NCBI GenBank assembly: GCA_951406725.2
Contig: OX597815.1
Span: 117,676,001 to 117,740,000, forward strand
Source of the DNA: Octopus vulgaris
Lineage: Eukaryota
DNA: 64,000 bases
Direction: 5' to 3'
Shown here: in pieces, positions 38,958-52,765 of the stretch
How the letters are laid out: every line of letters begins with the position of its first letter
Position numbering within the stretch: position 1 is the stretch's first letter
Notes under the pieces: generated by a model
What the model saw: only the letters and a program-made list of their open reading frames with translations
Told to the model about the DNA's origin: nothing
Database searches by the model: none
Translations under genes and position numbers: made by a program

Positions 38958-39515
38958 GCGGACACCAGAACAATATGCGGGCAAGACAGATGAAAATTAT
39001 ATAAAAAACAAGAATTAATCGCAGACCGCGGTTTCGCCTATTAACTAATGAATCACTTACGTAATCCTTCGTCCGTAGGACTCGTCAGTGCGATCGTTCC
39101 ACAGGCAATATAATTTGTAAAACTAACCACCAATTTTCCGTATAAAAACAGACACGTGCTTAGTTTCACCGATTACATTGGGGTTAATTTCAAATGTATG
39201 CGCTAAAATTCCGGAAACAAAATCTGCAGTAAATAATTTACTGCAGTTAATACTGCCTATTAAAGAACATATTTATTTTAACATTTAAATAATGAGGGAG
39301 ATGTGTTGAATATTAATTTAATTAATATCAATTTAAAACAAGTAGCCTAGCATACAAAAATCTGAAAAATCAGAGAAAATTCATAGTGGTTCTTTAGCCC
39401 TTTACATATACACATGTATTAGAATTTTCTCTGATTTTTCAAATTTTTGTATGCTAGGCTACTAGTTTTAAATTGATATTAATTAAATTAATATTCAATT
39501 TATCTCCCTCATTAT
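38955..39515 (-). mobile_element. HHR-bearing element with 94-bp 5' fold-back
   Basis: (TA)n-flanked; arms 39289-39382 and 39422-39515; HHR at 39018-39094. Confidence 0.85.
39018..39094 (-). ncRNA. Type I hammerhead ribozyme, canonical core
   Basis: Minus: atcgca CTGACGA GTCCTA...TAGGC GAAA CCGCG GTC tgcgat; 6-bp stem I, GUC triplet, palindromic ACCGCGGT. Confidence 0.88.
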
Positions 39516-39835
39516 ATATATATGTATGTATGTATGTTGGTATGTATACACACACACCACACATATATGTACTTACATATGAGACCAAAGTGTACGTACC
39601 CCGCTACATGTATATAAAAAGGAATACCAAAAATTGGACAATAACGCACGGCCAAACCTGATCTTTTTTTCTTGGTTCGACTGCCATCCGTGCAACATCT
39701 ATATTCCTCACCATGCCTCTCATATATTATGTCCCTGCCGTAAGGCTTCACTTCTACACACGCCAGCTTAATTCAATTCGTCCTTAGTCGAAAGACATCT
39801 GATGTTATGTCCGGTTATATGCTTTTGTATTTGAG

Positions 39836-39894
<59 letters not shown>

Positions 39895-39897
<3 letters not shown>

Positions 39898-40400
39898 AAA
39901 AAATGAAGTTTGAAAATGCTGCTATATTAGACAAATTTTAATTTTTATATATACATTATTTAACATGTTTCGGTTCTTGAAATGACGAACCTTATCAAAA
40001 AAAATTATATATAAAAAAGATAGTTCATGCTATCAAATATAAAAAATTCATATATAATATTCAATAGAGTCAAACATAAAAAATTCATATATAGTAAAGC
40101 GAGTCCATGCTATATGTTTAAAGGGTATGATGTAGTAGTTCATAGTGGTGATATGCATTCAATAGAGTCAAATATAAAAAATTCATGTTCTTGAAAAAGC
40201 GAGGAATTCATTTTAGATTTTACCTTGTGTTCCAATGGGAGCAACTGTAATGATTTTTGGTTGGTGTCTGTTCGTATAGTTTTGGTGAATTTTGGGAATT
40301 GTTTGGGTTTATATCGGCTCAGCTTAGCTGTCTCACTTGCATTTTTCACTAACGTCATATAGTTCCCAACCAATCAAAACTCAGTCTCAACGAATATATC
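39895..40400 (-). mobile_element. Possible decayed Penelope-like 3' end with decayed HHR (39961-39998)
   Basis: Minus TTGATAA GGTTC...GAACC GAAACATGTTA; upstream frameshifted NEFLAFSR/..FFIFDSIE loosely resembles the CRH-type endonuclease tail. Confidence 0.45.
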
Positions 40401-40504
40401 CTGTTAGGAAACCAACCAAGCAGAACGACAGTTTGGCCACGGAAGAAATACGTCATCCTTGTTTTTGACGGATTGAAATTAGATCTGATCCATGACTGTA
40501 TCCT

Positions 40505-40625
40505 GTTAGGTGGCTAGTCCAGCGGAACGAGACGTCATCAATGTTTTGACCAATCATCTCGTTAGGTGGCTAGTCCAGCAGAACGGGACGTCATCAATGT
40601 TTTGACCAATCATCCCGTTAGGTGG

Positions 40626-40628
<3 letters not shown>
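40505..40628 (+). repeat. 56-bp tandem repeat x2.2 containing CCAAT and GACGTCA
   Basis: gttaggtggctagtccagc.gaacg.gacgtcatcaatgttttgaccaatcatc.c repeated. Confidence 0.9.
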
Positions 40629-40675
<47 letters not shown>

Positions 40676-42039
40676 GTGTGTGTGTGTGTGTGTGTACCCC
40701 TTATTTTGTCGTTCAATGCTCGAAATGAGCAGTAGAAAGACACCCAATAACTGATGAAGGGTCGTTTTTTATGTTACTTGTCCTGTTTTCTATTTGTTTC
40801 TCTCGTTGTTTGCGTATCGTTATGAAAGCATTTATTTTCGTATTTCATGCTGTTTAATATATACACATATATATATACTTGCTTATGTGTGTGGTATACA
40901 TGCATACGCACATACATACACACACATACATACATACATACATATATACATATATACATACATACATACATACATGCATGCATACATACATACATACATA
41001 CATGCACACACACACACACACACATACATATATATGCATGCATGTATTATGTATGCATGTATTTATGTATGTATGTATGTATGTATGTATGTATGTATGT
41101 ATGTATGTATGTATGTATGCATGTATGTATGTATGTGTGTATGTGCGTATGCATATATACCACACACATAAGCAAGTATATATCAAAGAATTTTTCGTTT
41201 GTAAGCAACAGTTTAAATTAGAAGTAAAATACTGACTAAACAGAATTATTGCGTTTCCAAATGCATACTGTGCAATGTAGATAACCGAAGCCGTTTATTG
41301 TGATCCATCTGGTATAAAACCTTATTTATAGTGATAATAATAACCAGCCGATCACATAAGGCAAAGGATATAACGTTATCTGGGTATTGGATTAGGAAAG
41401 GAGGTTATAAGTATTTTTAAGTAGCTTTAAATAAAGGATCTATTACTTTTGATCTAAATAACTGCTTGATAACTTTATCTCACATTATAATAAACAACTT
41501 CCTGTGTACACACGGACACACACACGCGCGCGCGCGCGCGGCAGAAAACCTCTCGTTTTTCGATAATTCGTCCCGGATTAATAAAAATGGTAATGGAGCT
41601 GCTTGATGTCGCTGGGTTGTCGATGGTTTGAGCTGTATATGACGATTATCATTGCTGCCCGTTTAGGTTTTCAGCAAAACACCGGCTATCCACAACAGTG
41701 TTCTAACAGGTTCTGTCTAGTTCTTACTCTTTCTACTTAGTGTATCTTCGGGCCATCGCCTCTGGATGATCTGCGGGAGTATTCCCTTTCTTTTATCCTC
41801 TGTGTTTTACTCTAAGCTTATCTTGCCGAACGTTCCTCTGGTTTTATAGATGTATGTCTTACACACCTCTACTTACGTCTCGCTAAATGTTGACCAAAAG
41901 GATCCATTTGGCTTTGGCCTAGTGTTTTGATTGCTCACAATTCCTGAACACCTAAAGCCGAGGACTTATCTTAAGCATCTGTTACAAATTGGATTCGAGC
42001 TTTCTGATGATATTTGCGTTCATTCGTCATGACACAATC

Positions 42040-43335
42040 CCAAATACTAAGATGCTTTTGATATTGAAAAATTCTCATTTTAACACCTCTGGATAGTGCC
42101 TTTGCTTTTCAGACAAGCTCTAATATGTTGCAGGTTTTATCTATTTTTCCAAATCTAGCTGTGATATCCTCGGCCGTATCTCCAGTCGCGGACATCACGC
42201 TTTCCAAACACATTTCCTCCTAGAAATATATCTTGGATGTTCGGTGTCCGATTTTGACTAAGACAGAGATGGGCTATCATTTTTTAATTTTAATTATTAT
42301 AGAAACGTTCGTTCTAGATTCTATGTAGAAGGAATTTCTTACTTTAAGGACAGGAATTTATACAATTGGCAGATTGTTAGTTCCTCAAGATATGGTCATG
42401 AAGTGAAGAGATATTGTAAATATTTAGTGAGGTTCTTCAGAAGTATTATGATGGAAACTGATCATAGTATGGTAAATTTTATTGGGCTCATTTTAGATTT
42501 AAGGTGAGTAGATTCAATCCTTCTTTATTGGAAGCCGAACGAAAATTTATTCCACACTAGCAATTACTCTAATCACTCGTCAGGTATTTTCCGAATATAG
42601 TTTCCAATAAAAGTAAGCATATCTTTTAATTCATCCTTTTACACGGTTTCGTCTTATTTTAACGAGGCGCTATTAAATAGTGTTTTTCTTTCAAATTAGA
42701 TCCTTTATATATCTGCTTCTTGCAGCTCTGGGAATAGAAAAGGACCTCATTAATCCAACTTTCACCCTTACAGTAAAGTCTAATTTTGCTAGGAAATTTC
42801 TAAATTTAATATCTCTTCTAATTATAAATTTAATAACTATTCTAATTGCAAAATATTTGTCTCTTCTGTTTTCCAATATAATACTAAATAGAAGCTCTCA
42901 GGTGAAAATAATAATATTTGTATGTATGAGTCCCAGCAACCGTTGCTTCGGTGGTAATTGCTTAAACAAAGGGAAAGTATATTGCCAAAAATAGATTAAC
43001 GACAGTCGTATGTACAAAGCGTACCCGAAATCAACGGGGAACAAATTAAAAACATGATTATACATGCATGGAAATTCTTTTAAGTATCTGGATAAAAGTT
43101 GTTTCTTTTTCATGCGGATGTATAAAAATATTTGGAGCAAAGTTCTTTTAAGATTCACTGGTCTGTTTTATAAAATACGAATCCGAATAAACAAGATTCT
43201 GACTGCACTTCGGATAGATATTTATTGAGTTTGAACCAGAAATTCTTCATTCTCTCTTCAGAATGAATTTACTTTCAACCAAAATTATTAAATTCTTGTA
43301 GTCACGCATCGATGTTCTTGCTCTCTAACCTTTTA
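42040..43335 (+). mobile_element. Heavily decayed Penelope-like element (RT plus GIY-YIG, Naiad-type)
   Basis: Ordered remnants across frames: FDIEKF; VNFIGLILDL..YWKPNENLFHTSNYSNHSS; INPTFTLTVKSNFARKFLNLI; CFGGNCLNKGKVY; STGNKLKT*LYMHGNSF; IHWSVL; LNSCSHASMFLLSN (CRH-like). Confidence 0.75.
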
Positions 43336-43830
43336 CACCATTTTGGGGTATATACTCTGAATTTTCTTCCTGCATAAAATAGAATTATTGGATCTTAAAC
43401 ATACCACCATTATGAACATTTCGACTATTGTGTTATCTGCTTCCTGACTGTTTTCAATGCTCGTTTTTCTTTCTTTCTTGCTTTCTTTTTTAGTTTCTTG
43501 GTTTTTTTTACATCTTGTATTCATAGTTTCCGCTGAATCACTTCTTCCACAGTATAATTTTTTTGTGACCTCCTCATAAAAATACATGTTCATGCACGCA
43601 TGTATCTGTGTGTATATAAGTGTGTGTGTATGTATGTATGTATTTATGTAAGTTTTTATGTATGTATGTGTATATATATGCATGTGTTTGTATATGTTTA
43701 TATGCACATGTATAAATGTGCATTTCTCGTTCTCCCTCTCTCTCTCTCTTTATATATATATATATATATATATTGATCGCCAAATCCACAAGGATTTTTA
43801 AAATTCTCTCTCTATTTACTTCCTCGTGTT

Positions 43831-43868
43831 CCATTCTGTTGAAGAGCGTAGGCTCGAAACGTAAAAGG
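43831..43868 (+). ncRNA. Minimal hammerhead-like motif (family B, A6U core)
   Basis: ccatt CTGTTGA A GAGC gtag GCTC GAAACGTA aaagg in a (TA)n-flanked island at ~43773-43948. Confidence 0.65.
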
Positions 43869-43974
43869 CTTTCTCACTTTCCCGAGCGTTAAACTACTTG
43901 TTGTTTATACACCTGTTTTCATCTTTTGTTTTTCTATAAATTTCGACTATATATATGTGTGTGTGTGTGTGTGC

Positions 43975-44047
<73 letters not shown>

Positions 44048-45262
44048 TGCGTGTGTGTGTGTGTCTGCGTGTGTCTCTGCGTGTGTGTTTGTGTTTATGT
44101 GTGCGTTTGTCCTGAAATCTGTATCCCTTATTGGACATATATTTTGATTTATACGATATCGATTTCAGTTTTCATACCTCCAGAGTCAATAATGTTATAA
44201 AATGTATGGACCAATTACTTTGACTCTAAATCTCTGTCTCTTTCTCTGTCTCCCTTCTTCTCCCTCTCTCTGTCTCTCTTCTTCTCCCTCTCTCTGTCTC
44301 TTAGTCACTGTATGTTTCTCTTTCCCAGTCTCTCATTATCCCTCTGTCTGTCTCTCTCTGTCTCTTTTTCTGTCTGTCTGTCTCTCTCTAATGACAAATA
44401 TTGGTTTAGAGCATTTATCTCTAGACAAGACCTGAGACAAACCATCTGATAATCAACATTTAGGGTGACGATATTGACTTCTATTTGTGACCTAGTCATA
44501 GGAGTGAACGTACGTGGCTTAGTGGTTGAAGTTGTTCAGCTCATGTTCTTTAGGTTGTGGCTTCGATTCTCAGGCCAGGCGGCACTTTGTGTCCTTCGAC
44601 AAATTATTTCATGCCAAATTCTACAAAAGAATTTGACCCATCACTGTACCTTCTGCACCAATTATACAGTTTTGCTTCACTTAATGTAATTTCTTCTCGG
44701 GCAAATATATTAACTGTATTAAAATGTGTATGAGATTTTGCACATTGCGACTGTTGCAACTGCGGATATTTTAGAAGACATTAATGTTGTCTTGCACCTT
44801 AAATTGAACTTCCGTTCGCACAGCATTACAAATCCTCTTTAGCTTAAATCAGGAAAACTATTTTAAGTTAAACCATAAAATTGGCTAGGAACCAGGTACC
44901 TTTTATGGAAAGTACTAGCGTATTATCTTTATTGGCCACATTCCCCTATTAATAATCATATATAAACTTTGTTTCTAATTTCTAAGTTGTTTCTATTGAT
45001 TTCATAAATCATTAATGAAATCTATGAATAACCACAGAGTGGTTCCCTCGACTAACTTGTTGAACTGCTATTTGATAGTGGATGCAGGGAACCAACAACA
45101 ATAGTAGCAATCTGGCGCAGTGCAAAACAACAGCAACAATAACCGAAAATACTTTTTGGTGTGGAGAATGCTGTATTATGTAACAGGAAATGAAGTGCTT
45201 AACAAAATATTTGTGTGGATTCCATTTCTACTTACATCATATGGAAATGTTTACTTTGTTTT

Positions 45263-45412
45263 CACACCAACAGAAGTGTCTATCTTCGGTTACATCCCAG
45301 TAGGATGTCTATCTGTAATTACACCCCGATAGGATTACATTTTTACCTGTAATTGTACGACAACAGAAGTTTCTACCTGTAATTACACCACAACAGTGTT
45401 GTTTATCTGTAG
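45263..45412 (+). repeat. Degenerate ~30-bp minisatellite, about 5 units
   Basis: Recurring acacc..ca...g.tgt.tatctgtaatt. Confidence 0.6.
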
Positions 45413-45654
45413 TGGAATTCGTGTATTATTATTGTTATACATATCGACAAGACTGCTCCTAGGGCTGTTGACACCTTGGAAAGCTGAAATGCAGTACCTT
45501 GGCATAAATATTCTTTAAAATTTTCACAAAGAGTAAAAATTCTAAACGTAACAATAAAGTATATATTTTAGTTTAATGAATCTAGGAACAAAGTTTTTAT
45601 TACAATTATAGCAAGGAAGGATAGGATAAAAAAAAAAGAATGAAAATCCTTTCC

Positions 45655-45903
45655 GAGTCATATTGACTCATAGAATCTGTTTTCTGGTTTCTGTGGCGCA
45701 TACACCCCCATCACCACTACCACCACCACCACTGGATATATGCTGCCACTGGATGGGACGCCGGTCCATCACAGGGTTCCTCATTTTTCCCAGGTAAGTG
45801 AACTGGAGCAACGTGAAACACAACTCGTCGCCCAGTCCAGGAATTGAAACAACAATCTTACGATCATAACTCCAACACCTTAACCACTAAGCCACGCGCC
45901 TCT
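45655..45903 (-). mobile_element. S4/S3-related SINE
   Basis: Minus head ggcgcgtggcttagtggttaaggtgttgg; gggacgccggtcc body. Confidence 0.7.
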
Positions 45904-46134
45904 ACAATTATAGTGTGGGAGACATGTCAGCCATTCAAAAACACAAAAATACTGTTAACTTCACTTAAACATTTAATATTTGGTGTCAAAATTTTAATTG
46001 CAATAACTATGGCCTAATTACTGACACAACCTCACCGAAACCAGTTAGAGTGGGACCATGTCAATGACCAGGTTGCAGTTAGTGTGAGGAAAATATTGAC
46101 ACGAAATAATAAATGTTTAATTGAAGTTAACGTA

Positions 46135-46539
46135 GGCGCAGGAGTGGCTGTGTGGTAAGTAGATTGCTTACGAACCACATGGTTCCGGGTTCAGTCCTAG
46201 TGCGTGGCACCTTGGGCAAGTGTCTTCTACTATAGCCTCGGGCCGAACAAAGCCTTGTGAGTGAATTTGGTAGACGGAAACTGAAAGAAGCCCGTCGTAT
46301 ATATGTATATATGTGTATTGTGTGTATATGTTTGTGTGTCAGTGTTTGTCCCCCAACATCGCCTGACAACCGATGCTGGTGTGTTTACGTCCCCGTAACT
46401 TAGCGGTTCGGTAAAAGAGACCGATAGAATAAGTACTAGGCTTACAAAGAATAAGTCCTGGGGTCGATTTCTTCGACTAAAGGCGGTGCTCCAGCATGGC
46501 CACAGTCAAAATGACTGAAACAAGCAAAAGAGTAAAAGA
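46135..46539 (+). mobile_element. S1 SINE, full length
   Basis: Complete head, CORE-like segment, internal TA/TG repeat and tail. Confidence 0.92.
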
Positions 46540-47084
46540 ATCCATGTATATTTTTGAGTGACTGATGTATGTCTTCATGCTGTAATTGTTTTAGCTTCAA
46601 CACATTGTCTCAGATGAAATCACTGCCAGCAAGTACATCCCCGTATTTATCAAATGTTATCAAATATAGGAATAAAGCGTTTGTTTATTATTTTCATTTT
46701 CCCTTTCATTTCAAAAGAATCCAAACATATGATGTGGCGCCCATAAGCATGTGATGCCCCGGGTTGCTGTTCGAGTTACTGTCACCATCAACCGGGCCCA
46801 ACATGTCAAAGGAATATTATCCCCCCTTTAGCAATCTAGATGGGAAGAAAAACTAAATAGTTATTAACGAGTTTCGAACTAAAAACTCTGAGCTAGAGTC
46901 TGCAACTTGAACATTTAAAAATAAATGGATAAATGAATAACTAACTAACCAACCAACTAAATAAATAAACACAAGTAAATTGGAATGAATAATTTAATGA
47001 AAAATTAACTTTGATTTCAAATACGGTGAACGTGATTAAAAAAAAAATTCCGAGTCGGGTCTCTTAAACAATTGTATAAGCAAT

Positions 47085-48932
47085 TTCTTGGGAATGGAAG
47101 AGTGTAGTTGGTCATATTGAGCCAGTACTTGACAGGTACTTTATTTTAACGACCCTGGAAAGAACGAAAGGTAAATTTGACTCTGGCTGAATTTGAACTC
47201 AGAACTTAATAAACCGTAACGGAATACCAGAATGTATTTTTGTCCGATGTTTTAACAATTCTGCCAGTTCACCGCCCAATAAATAATGGTTTAAAATTGT
47301 GGTACTGGGCTAGAGGTTTTTGAGGGGGGTGGGGGCGATCACATTAACCCCACTACTTGACCATTACTTATTTTATTGGTCCCGAAAAGATGAAAGGCAA
47401 ATCGACTTCGGTGGAATTTGAACTCAGAACGTAAAGACAGAGGAAATTTCGCTAAGCATTTTGTCCGGCGTGCTAACGGTTCTGCCAGCTCGCTAACCTT
47501 CACCTCTATCAATAATAATTTTTAATTTAGGCACAAAGTCAACAGTTTTAAGGGGAGGGGCTAAGAAGACTCTATTACCCTCAGTATTTCCTTGCTACAG
47601 TATCTTAACAATTCCAAACCATTCCAAAAGGGTGAAAAAGCACGATTGACCTCGATGGGCTTTGAATCCACAACGTAAAGAGCCGGAACAAATTGATGCA
47701 TAGGATTTTTATTTTTTTATTTTGCTGACGCCATAGCGATTTTCGTCACCTTTCACCACCTGAGAGATAATTTTAAAATTTGGTTTCAAATTTTGGCACA
47801 TGGTCAGTAGTATCGGTGGAGAGGGTTAGTTGATTATATCGACCCCAGTACTCAACTGGTGCTTACTTCACTCTGATCTTAGCCAAAAGGCCGAGAAGCC
47901 TTTATTGATACCGAAAGGACGAAATGCAAAGTCAACCCTGGCGGCATTTGAACTTGGAACGTAAAGTTGAAAGGAACGCCACTAAGCATTTAAAAGATCG
48001 GTGGTTTTGATGGGAAGAATTAGTCGATTGCATCGATTCCAGCATTTGATTGGGACTTTACTTTATGGATTCCTCAGAGATGAAGGCAAAAATTACATTA
48101 GCAGAATTTGAATTCAGACTATAAAAATCTGGAATAACCACCACAAAGTATTTTATCCGACACTCTAACAGTTCTACCAATCCACCCACTTTTTTTTCGG
48201 TTTCTAATTTAAGCACAAGACCAGCAATTTTGAGGGCAGGGAATAAAGGGAATAATAAGTTGATACCATCCGTTTCAGCTTGCTACAATGAAAACTCTTT
48301 TAATATTGATTTCAAATTTTGGTACAAGGCCAACAATTTCAGGTGGGGTAGGTTGGTAAGTTATTTACATCGACAACAGAGCTCACCTGGTACTTATTTT
48401 TTAGACCCTGGAAGGATGAAAGGAAAAGCTGGCCTTGTAGGAATTTGAACTCAAAACGTAAAGACGGACGAAATGCCCCTAAGCATTTTGCCTGGCGCGT
48501 TAACGATTCTTTTCTACTCTAGGCACAAGGCCAGAAATTTTGGGGGAGGGGGCCAGTCGATTAGATCGACCATACTACGCAACTGGTACTTAATTTATCG
48601 ACCCCGAAAGGATGAAAGGCAAAGTCGACCTCGGCGGAATTTGAACTCAGAACATAAAAACAGACGAAATACCGCTAAACATTTCGCCCGGTGTGCTAAC
48701 GTTTCTTATTTCTTTATTGCCCACAAGAGGCTAAACGTAGAGGGGACAAACAAAGACAGACAAAGGGATTAAGTCGATTACATCGACTCCAGTGCGTAAC
48801 TGGTACTTAATTTATCGACCCTGAAAGGATAAAAGGCAAAGTCAACCTCGGCGGGATTTGAACTCAAAACGTAACGGCAGACCAAATACCGCTAAACATT
48901 TCGCCCTAACGTTTTTGCCAGCTCACCGCCTT
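47085..48932 (-). mobile_element. Cluster of about 8 same-orientation S2 SINE copies of varying decay
   Basis: Repeated gaaaggcaaagtcgacctcgg.ggaatttgaactcagaacgtaa motif. Confidence 0.85.
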
Positions 48933-49779
48933 AGTCGAAGTAAATAATGAAGAAGGAAAGAAGACAAAGTAAATTCAAATAATCTCGGAGTAAATTAAAC
49001 TGTTGCTATCTACATAAGATATTGTAGAAATCTTTGTTTTGACTTGTGTGTACTTACGCTGATTTTGAATTTAAATTCATTTTGTCATTTGGTATACGCC
49101 TAGAATGTAGCGTTAACATATGGATGGCGAAAGTCACCTTCACAGCAACGATAGCTTGTCACAAACTGCAAGTACTAGGATTTCACGAAGCGTCAAACAG
49201 CGAATCAAAGGGAGGCCAAGCAGAAACGTCTGCACTTGAAACTCGAAATACTGACTGCTGCTGGATGAAAAAAATTGGGAACCCGTTGCTGCTGCACTCA
49301 CCGTTAAGAAGACAACAGTATATATTTGGATATGTAGAGGTTGTGAATCGCATATGCACTGGGAAGGTGTCTGTGAAAAAATAAAGAAAGTAAGACATAA
49401 ACATATCGAGTCACTCGTTGATTGGTTGAGCAAACGCCCATAATTAACACTGAAACATCTTTGCAAATGTTTACATTCAACAGAGATGTGCGGATCGCAA
49501 AGGAGACTATGTTGAAAAATAAAAGCTCATTTGGTCTCATTCCACGAGAGTACCCTGGTCAGCCTATGAACTTTTCAGCCGAGCCTCGAAGTGACAGACA
49601 GTTCCAAGAATGTATGTATGATGCGTTTATGTATGTATGTATGTATGTATGTATGTATGTATGTATGTATGTATGTATGTATGTATGTATGTATGTATGT
49701 ATGTATGTATGTATGTATGCATGTATGTATGTATGTATGTATGTATATATGTATGTATGTATGTATGTGTGTATGTATG

Positions 49780-50190
49780 GTTTCTTTTCAGAAACTCGAG
49801 AAGCAGGTCAGGTCAGACTGGGTATCACAAGAAACCCAAATCTCTCTATGCATGAGACCTTTGTTCTTGCAGCCCTGCTATGGGCGAGAAGCGTGAACAA
49901 CCTAAAGGTATCGTATCAAGCAGTTGGACAGGTTTCATCAGTATTGTATCCGGCGCATCCTGAACACGAAATGGTCTTCTTATACACCTGATGCTGTTAT
50001 ACTTGAGAAAGTGGATAGCACCAGAACTAAGAAAAAAAAATGAACCAGATGTGTTCGGCTGGTCATAGTGTCAGAATGGAAAGTGGATGAATTCTTAAAA
50101 ATACCTTTTTTGGGAAGCTAATCAAGGAAAAAGTCACACATAGACCAAAGAAGCGATTTAAGGATGCGATATTATGCCCAACACGGTGTG
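49780..50190 (+). mobile_element. Decayed RTE-clade LINE fragment
   Basis: RIKQLDRFHQYCIRRILNTKWSSYTPDAVILEK, then AGHSVRME and RPKKRFKDA; may extend upstream of the (TATG)n tract. Confidence 0.8.
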
Positions 50191-50402
50191 AATAGAAAAA
50201 AAAACCCCGACAAACAGAAATATTACAAGGGCCTGAACCAAAACATAAAGGAATTCTTTCTATGCATTTACGTGAGAAGGAAAGAGGAAGCCATCTTCTA
50301 CAGAGCAGTTTCACTGTTTGTTGAGCGTTCCTCAGAACTATGATAGTTAGCCTATTCACATATCTTTGCGAATAACGGCTCGTCGGTAATTAAACAGTAT
50401 AA

Positions 50403-51410
50403 AGCAGCAAGCTGGCAGAATCGTTAGCGCGCCGGGCGAAATGCTTAGCGGTATTTCGCCCGTCGCTACGTTCTGAGTTCAAATTCCGCCAAGGTCAACT
50501 TTGCTTTTCATCCTTTCGGGGTCGATTAAATAAGTACCAGTTACGTACTGGGGTCATGTAATCGACTTAATCCGCTCCCCCAATCTGCCATTGTGGAAAA
50601 AATTTGAGATCATTAATTAAATAGTATCTCTTTTATACGCATTACAGCGTAAATCAGCAGAAGTGGACTGTGGTAAGAAGCTTGCTTCCCAACCACATGG
50701 TTCCAAGTTCAGTCCCACTGCGTTCCATCTTGGGCATGTGTCTTCTACTATAGCCTCGGGCGGACCAAAGCCTTATGAGTGGATTTGGCAGACGGAAACT
50801 GAAAGAAGCCATATATATGTGTGTGTGTGTGTGTATGTCTTTGTATCTGTGTCTGTCCCCTGGCCACCGCTTGACAACCGGTGTTGGTGTGTTTGCGTTC
50901 CGTAGCATCAGCGGTTCGGCAAAAGAGACCACTAGAATAAGATTTTAAAAAGTTACTGGGATCGATTCATTTGACTAAAAATTCAAGGCGGTGCTCCAGC
51001 ATGGCCGTAGTTCGGTGACTGAAACAGGGGAAAAATACAAGAAAGAATATTTGAATATTCTTTTCTACTCTAGGCACAAAGCCCAACATTTTGGGAGAGA
51101 GGTCAGTCGATTAGATCGACCCCAGTACGCAACTGGTACTTAATTTATCGACCCCAAAAAGATGAGAGGCAAAGTCGACCTCGGCGGAATTTGAACTCAC
51201 AACGTAAAGACATATGAAATCCGCTAAGCATTTCGACCGGCGTGCTAACCTTTCTGCCAGCTCACCGCCTTCATAATATTCTTTTCTACTCTAGGCACAA
51301 GGCCGGAAATTTTGGGGTGAGGGGGTGAGTCGATTAGATCGACCTCAGTACTTAACTGGTACTTAATTTATCGACCCCGAAAGGATAGAGGCAAAGTCGA
51401 CCTCTGCAGA
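50403..51410. mobile_element. SINE cluster: S2(+) 50403-50606, S1(+) 50657-51030, S2(-) x2 51058-51410
   Basis: Direct similarity to the family copies above. Confidence 0.85.
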
Positions 51411-51460
<50 letters not shown>

Positions 51461-52765
51461 GTGTAATGTATTAAGTCTATCTCGAAACGTTTCATAGTTT
51501 GTTTGCCACTCTTCAAAGGATAAGTGCTTCGGTCATGAAACATGTCTGTTAAGGCAACTAGCCAGATATACAAACAAAGGCCACAAAATGTCTCTAGGCA
51601 AGAAGAAACATTCATCATAAACAGCGTATTCACCTGTTATCTATGCGCATAGGTATACACATTGAATATATACGATGCATCGTATAGTCACTACAATTGG
51701 AGACTTCACTAAGTCGGAAAGCACGATTTGTATAAATAGCGCATTACTTTCAAGTACTTTAAATTCATTATTGATATACTTAGCAGCGTTATATTTTTTG
51801 CTGTAATTATACTTTAGAGTAAATCTATTATAGAAGTACAATTTGTAGCAGACATGTAATTGGATACACCAGTCAAATGTAAATAAATACCCAGACCATC
51901 ATTCTATCTAGAAACTATCTCTCTCATACACACACACACACACACATACGCGGGGGCGCGCGCACACACACACACCGATAGACATATCTGCAATACAATT
52001 TGACACCATCTGTACTATTTGACATTCGTTAGTAGTACGTCAATTTATAAAGTACTGGGGCAATGTTCTGAGGCTAATAATTTCTGTTTTGCCTGTTGTC
52101 TGTAACTTGAGATATACTCGACGGGATTATAACTTTCATAAAATAATTTTGCAGTCTTTCTTTGAAACACTCGTCATTTCTGGTTTCATTTTACATCCCA
52201 AACATCTAGAGCATGATGAGATTTAAGAGTGGATGTGGAATAAAAGGGGGATAGGTATAGTAAGTCGAAAGTTAAATCGTTCGCGTTTTCACGAAAAAAA
52301 AATATTCGACTCATTCCTTTATAGGAATGACTCAACGCCATATACTAGCTGACTATAACTAGCCAACGGGAACTACTGCAAATAGCAGTAAAATCGCATT
52401 CAAATCACATCCAACCGTTTCAAAGAAAGAAATGCCATGTTGGATAATGCATTCACAATATATACCTCAAAATACAAGATGGTCACGGTTGGAATGCCTT
52501 TAAACTTAAGTCTGCTCGATTAGGGCTGACTTGAGATTAAGCAACAACAACAACTAGCCTGTGACAAATTTCAACGCTTTTCTACCGCTTGCCTCTCTCA
52601 ATTTGAGGTTACGATCGACGTGAATACATGTATCTTTGACAACAAGTTAGTCACTTACCTATATGGGTACCGTGACTGATAATAAAAGGGAATGTTTGAA
52701 AGAATCGATGACAAATGAACCTCAGTGCTTCTCAAACATTTTTTCACAATCGTTCCCATCCTTTT

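Noticed and set aside
42480-43100. In-frame TGA codons in the Penelope-like ORF as selenocysteine
   Set aside because: The ORF also has TAA/TAG stops and frameshifts, and one TGA falls at an expected Arg (CGA decay); ordinary decay explains them.
51475-51550. GAAACGTTTC and GAAACATGTC palindromes with partial HHR context
   Set aside because: Core reads TTGAAGA or is absent, and stem II relies on G-U pairs; too weak to call.
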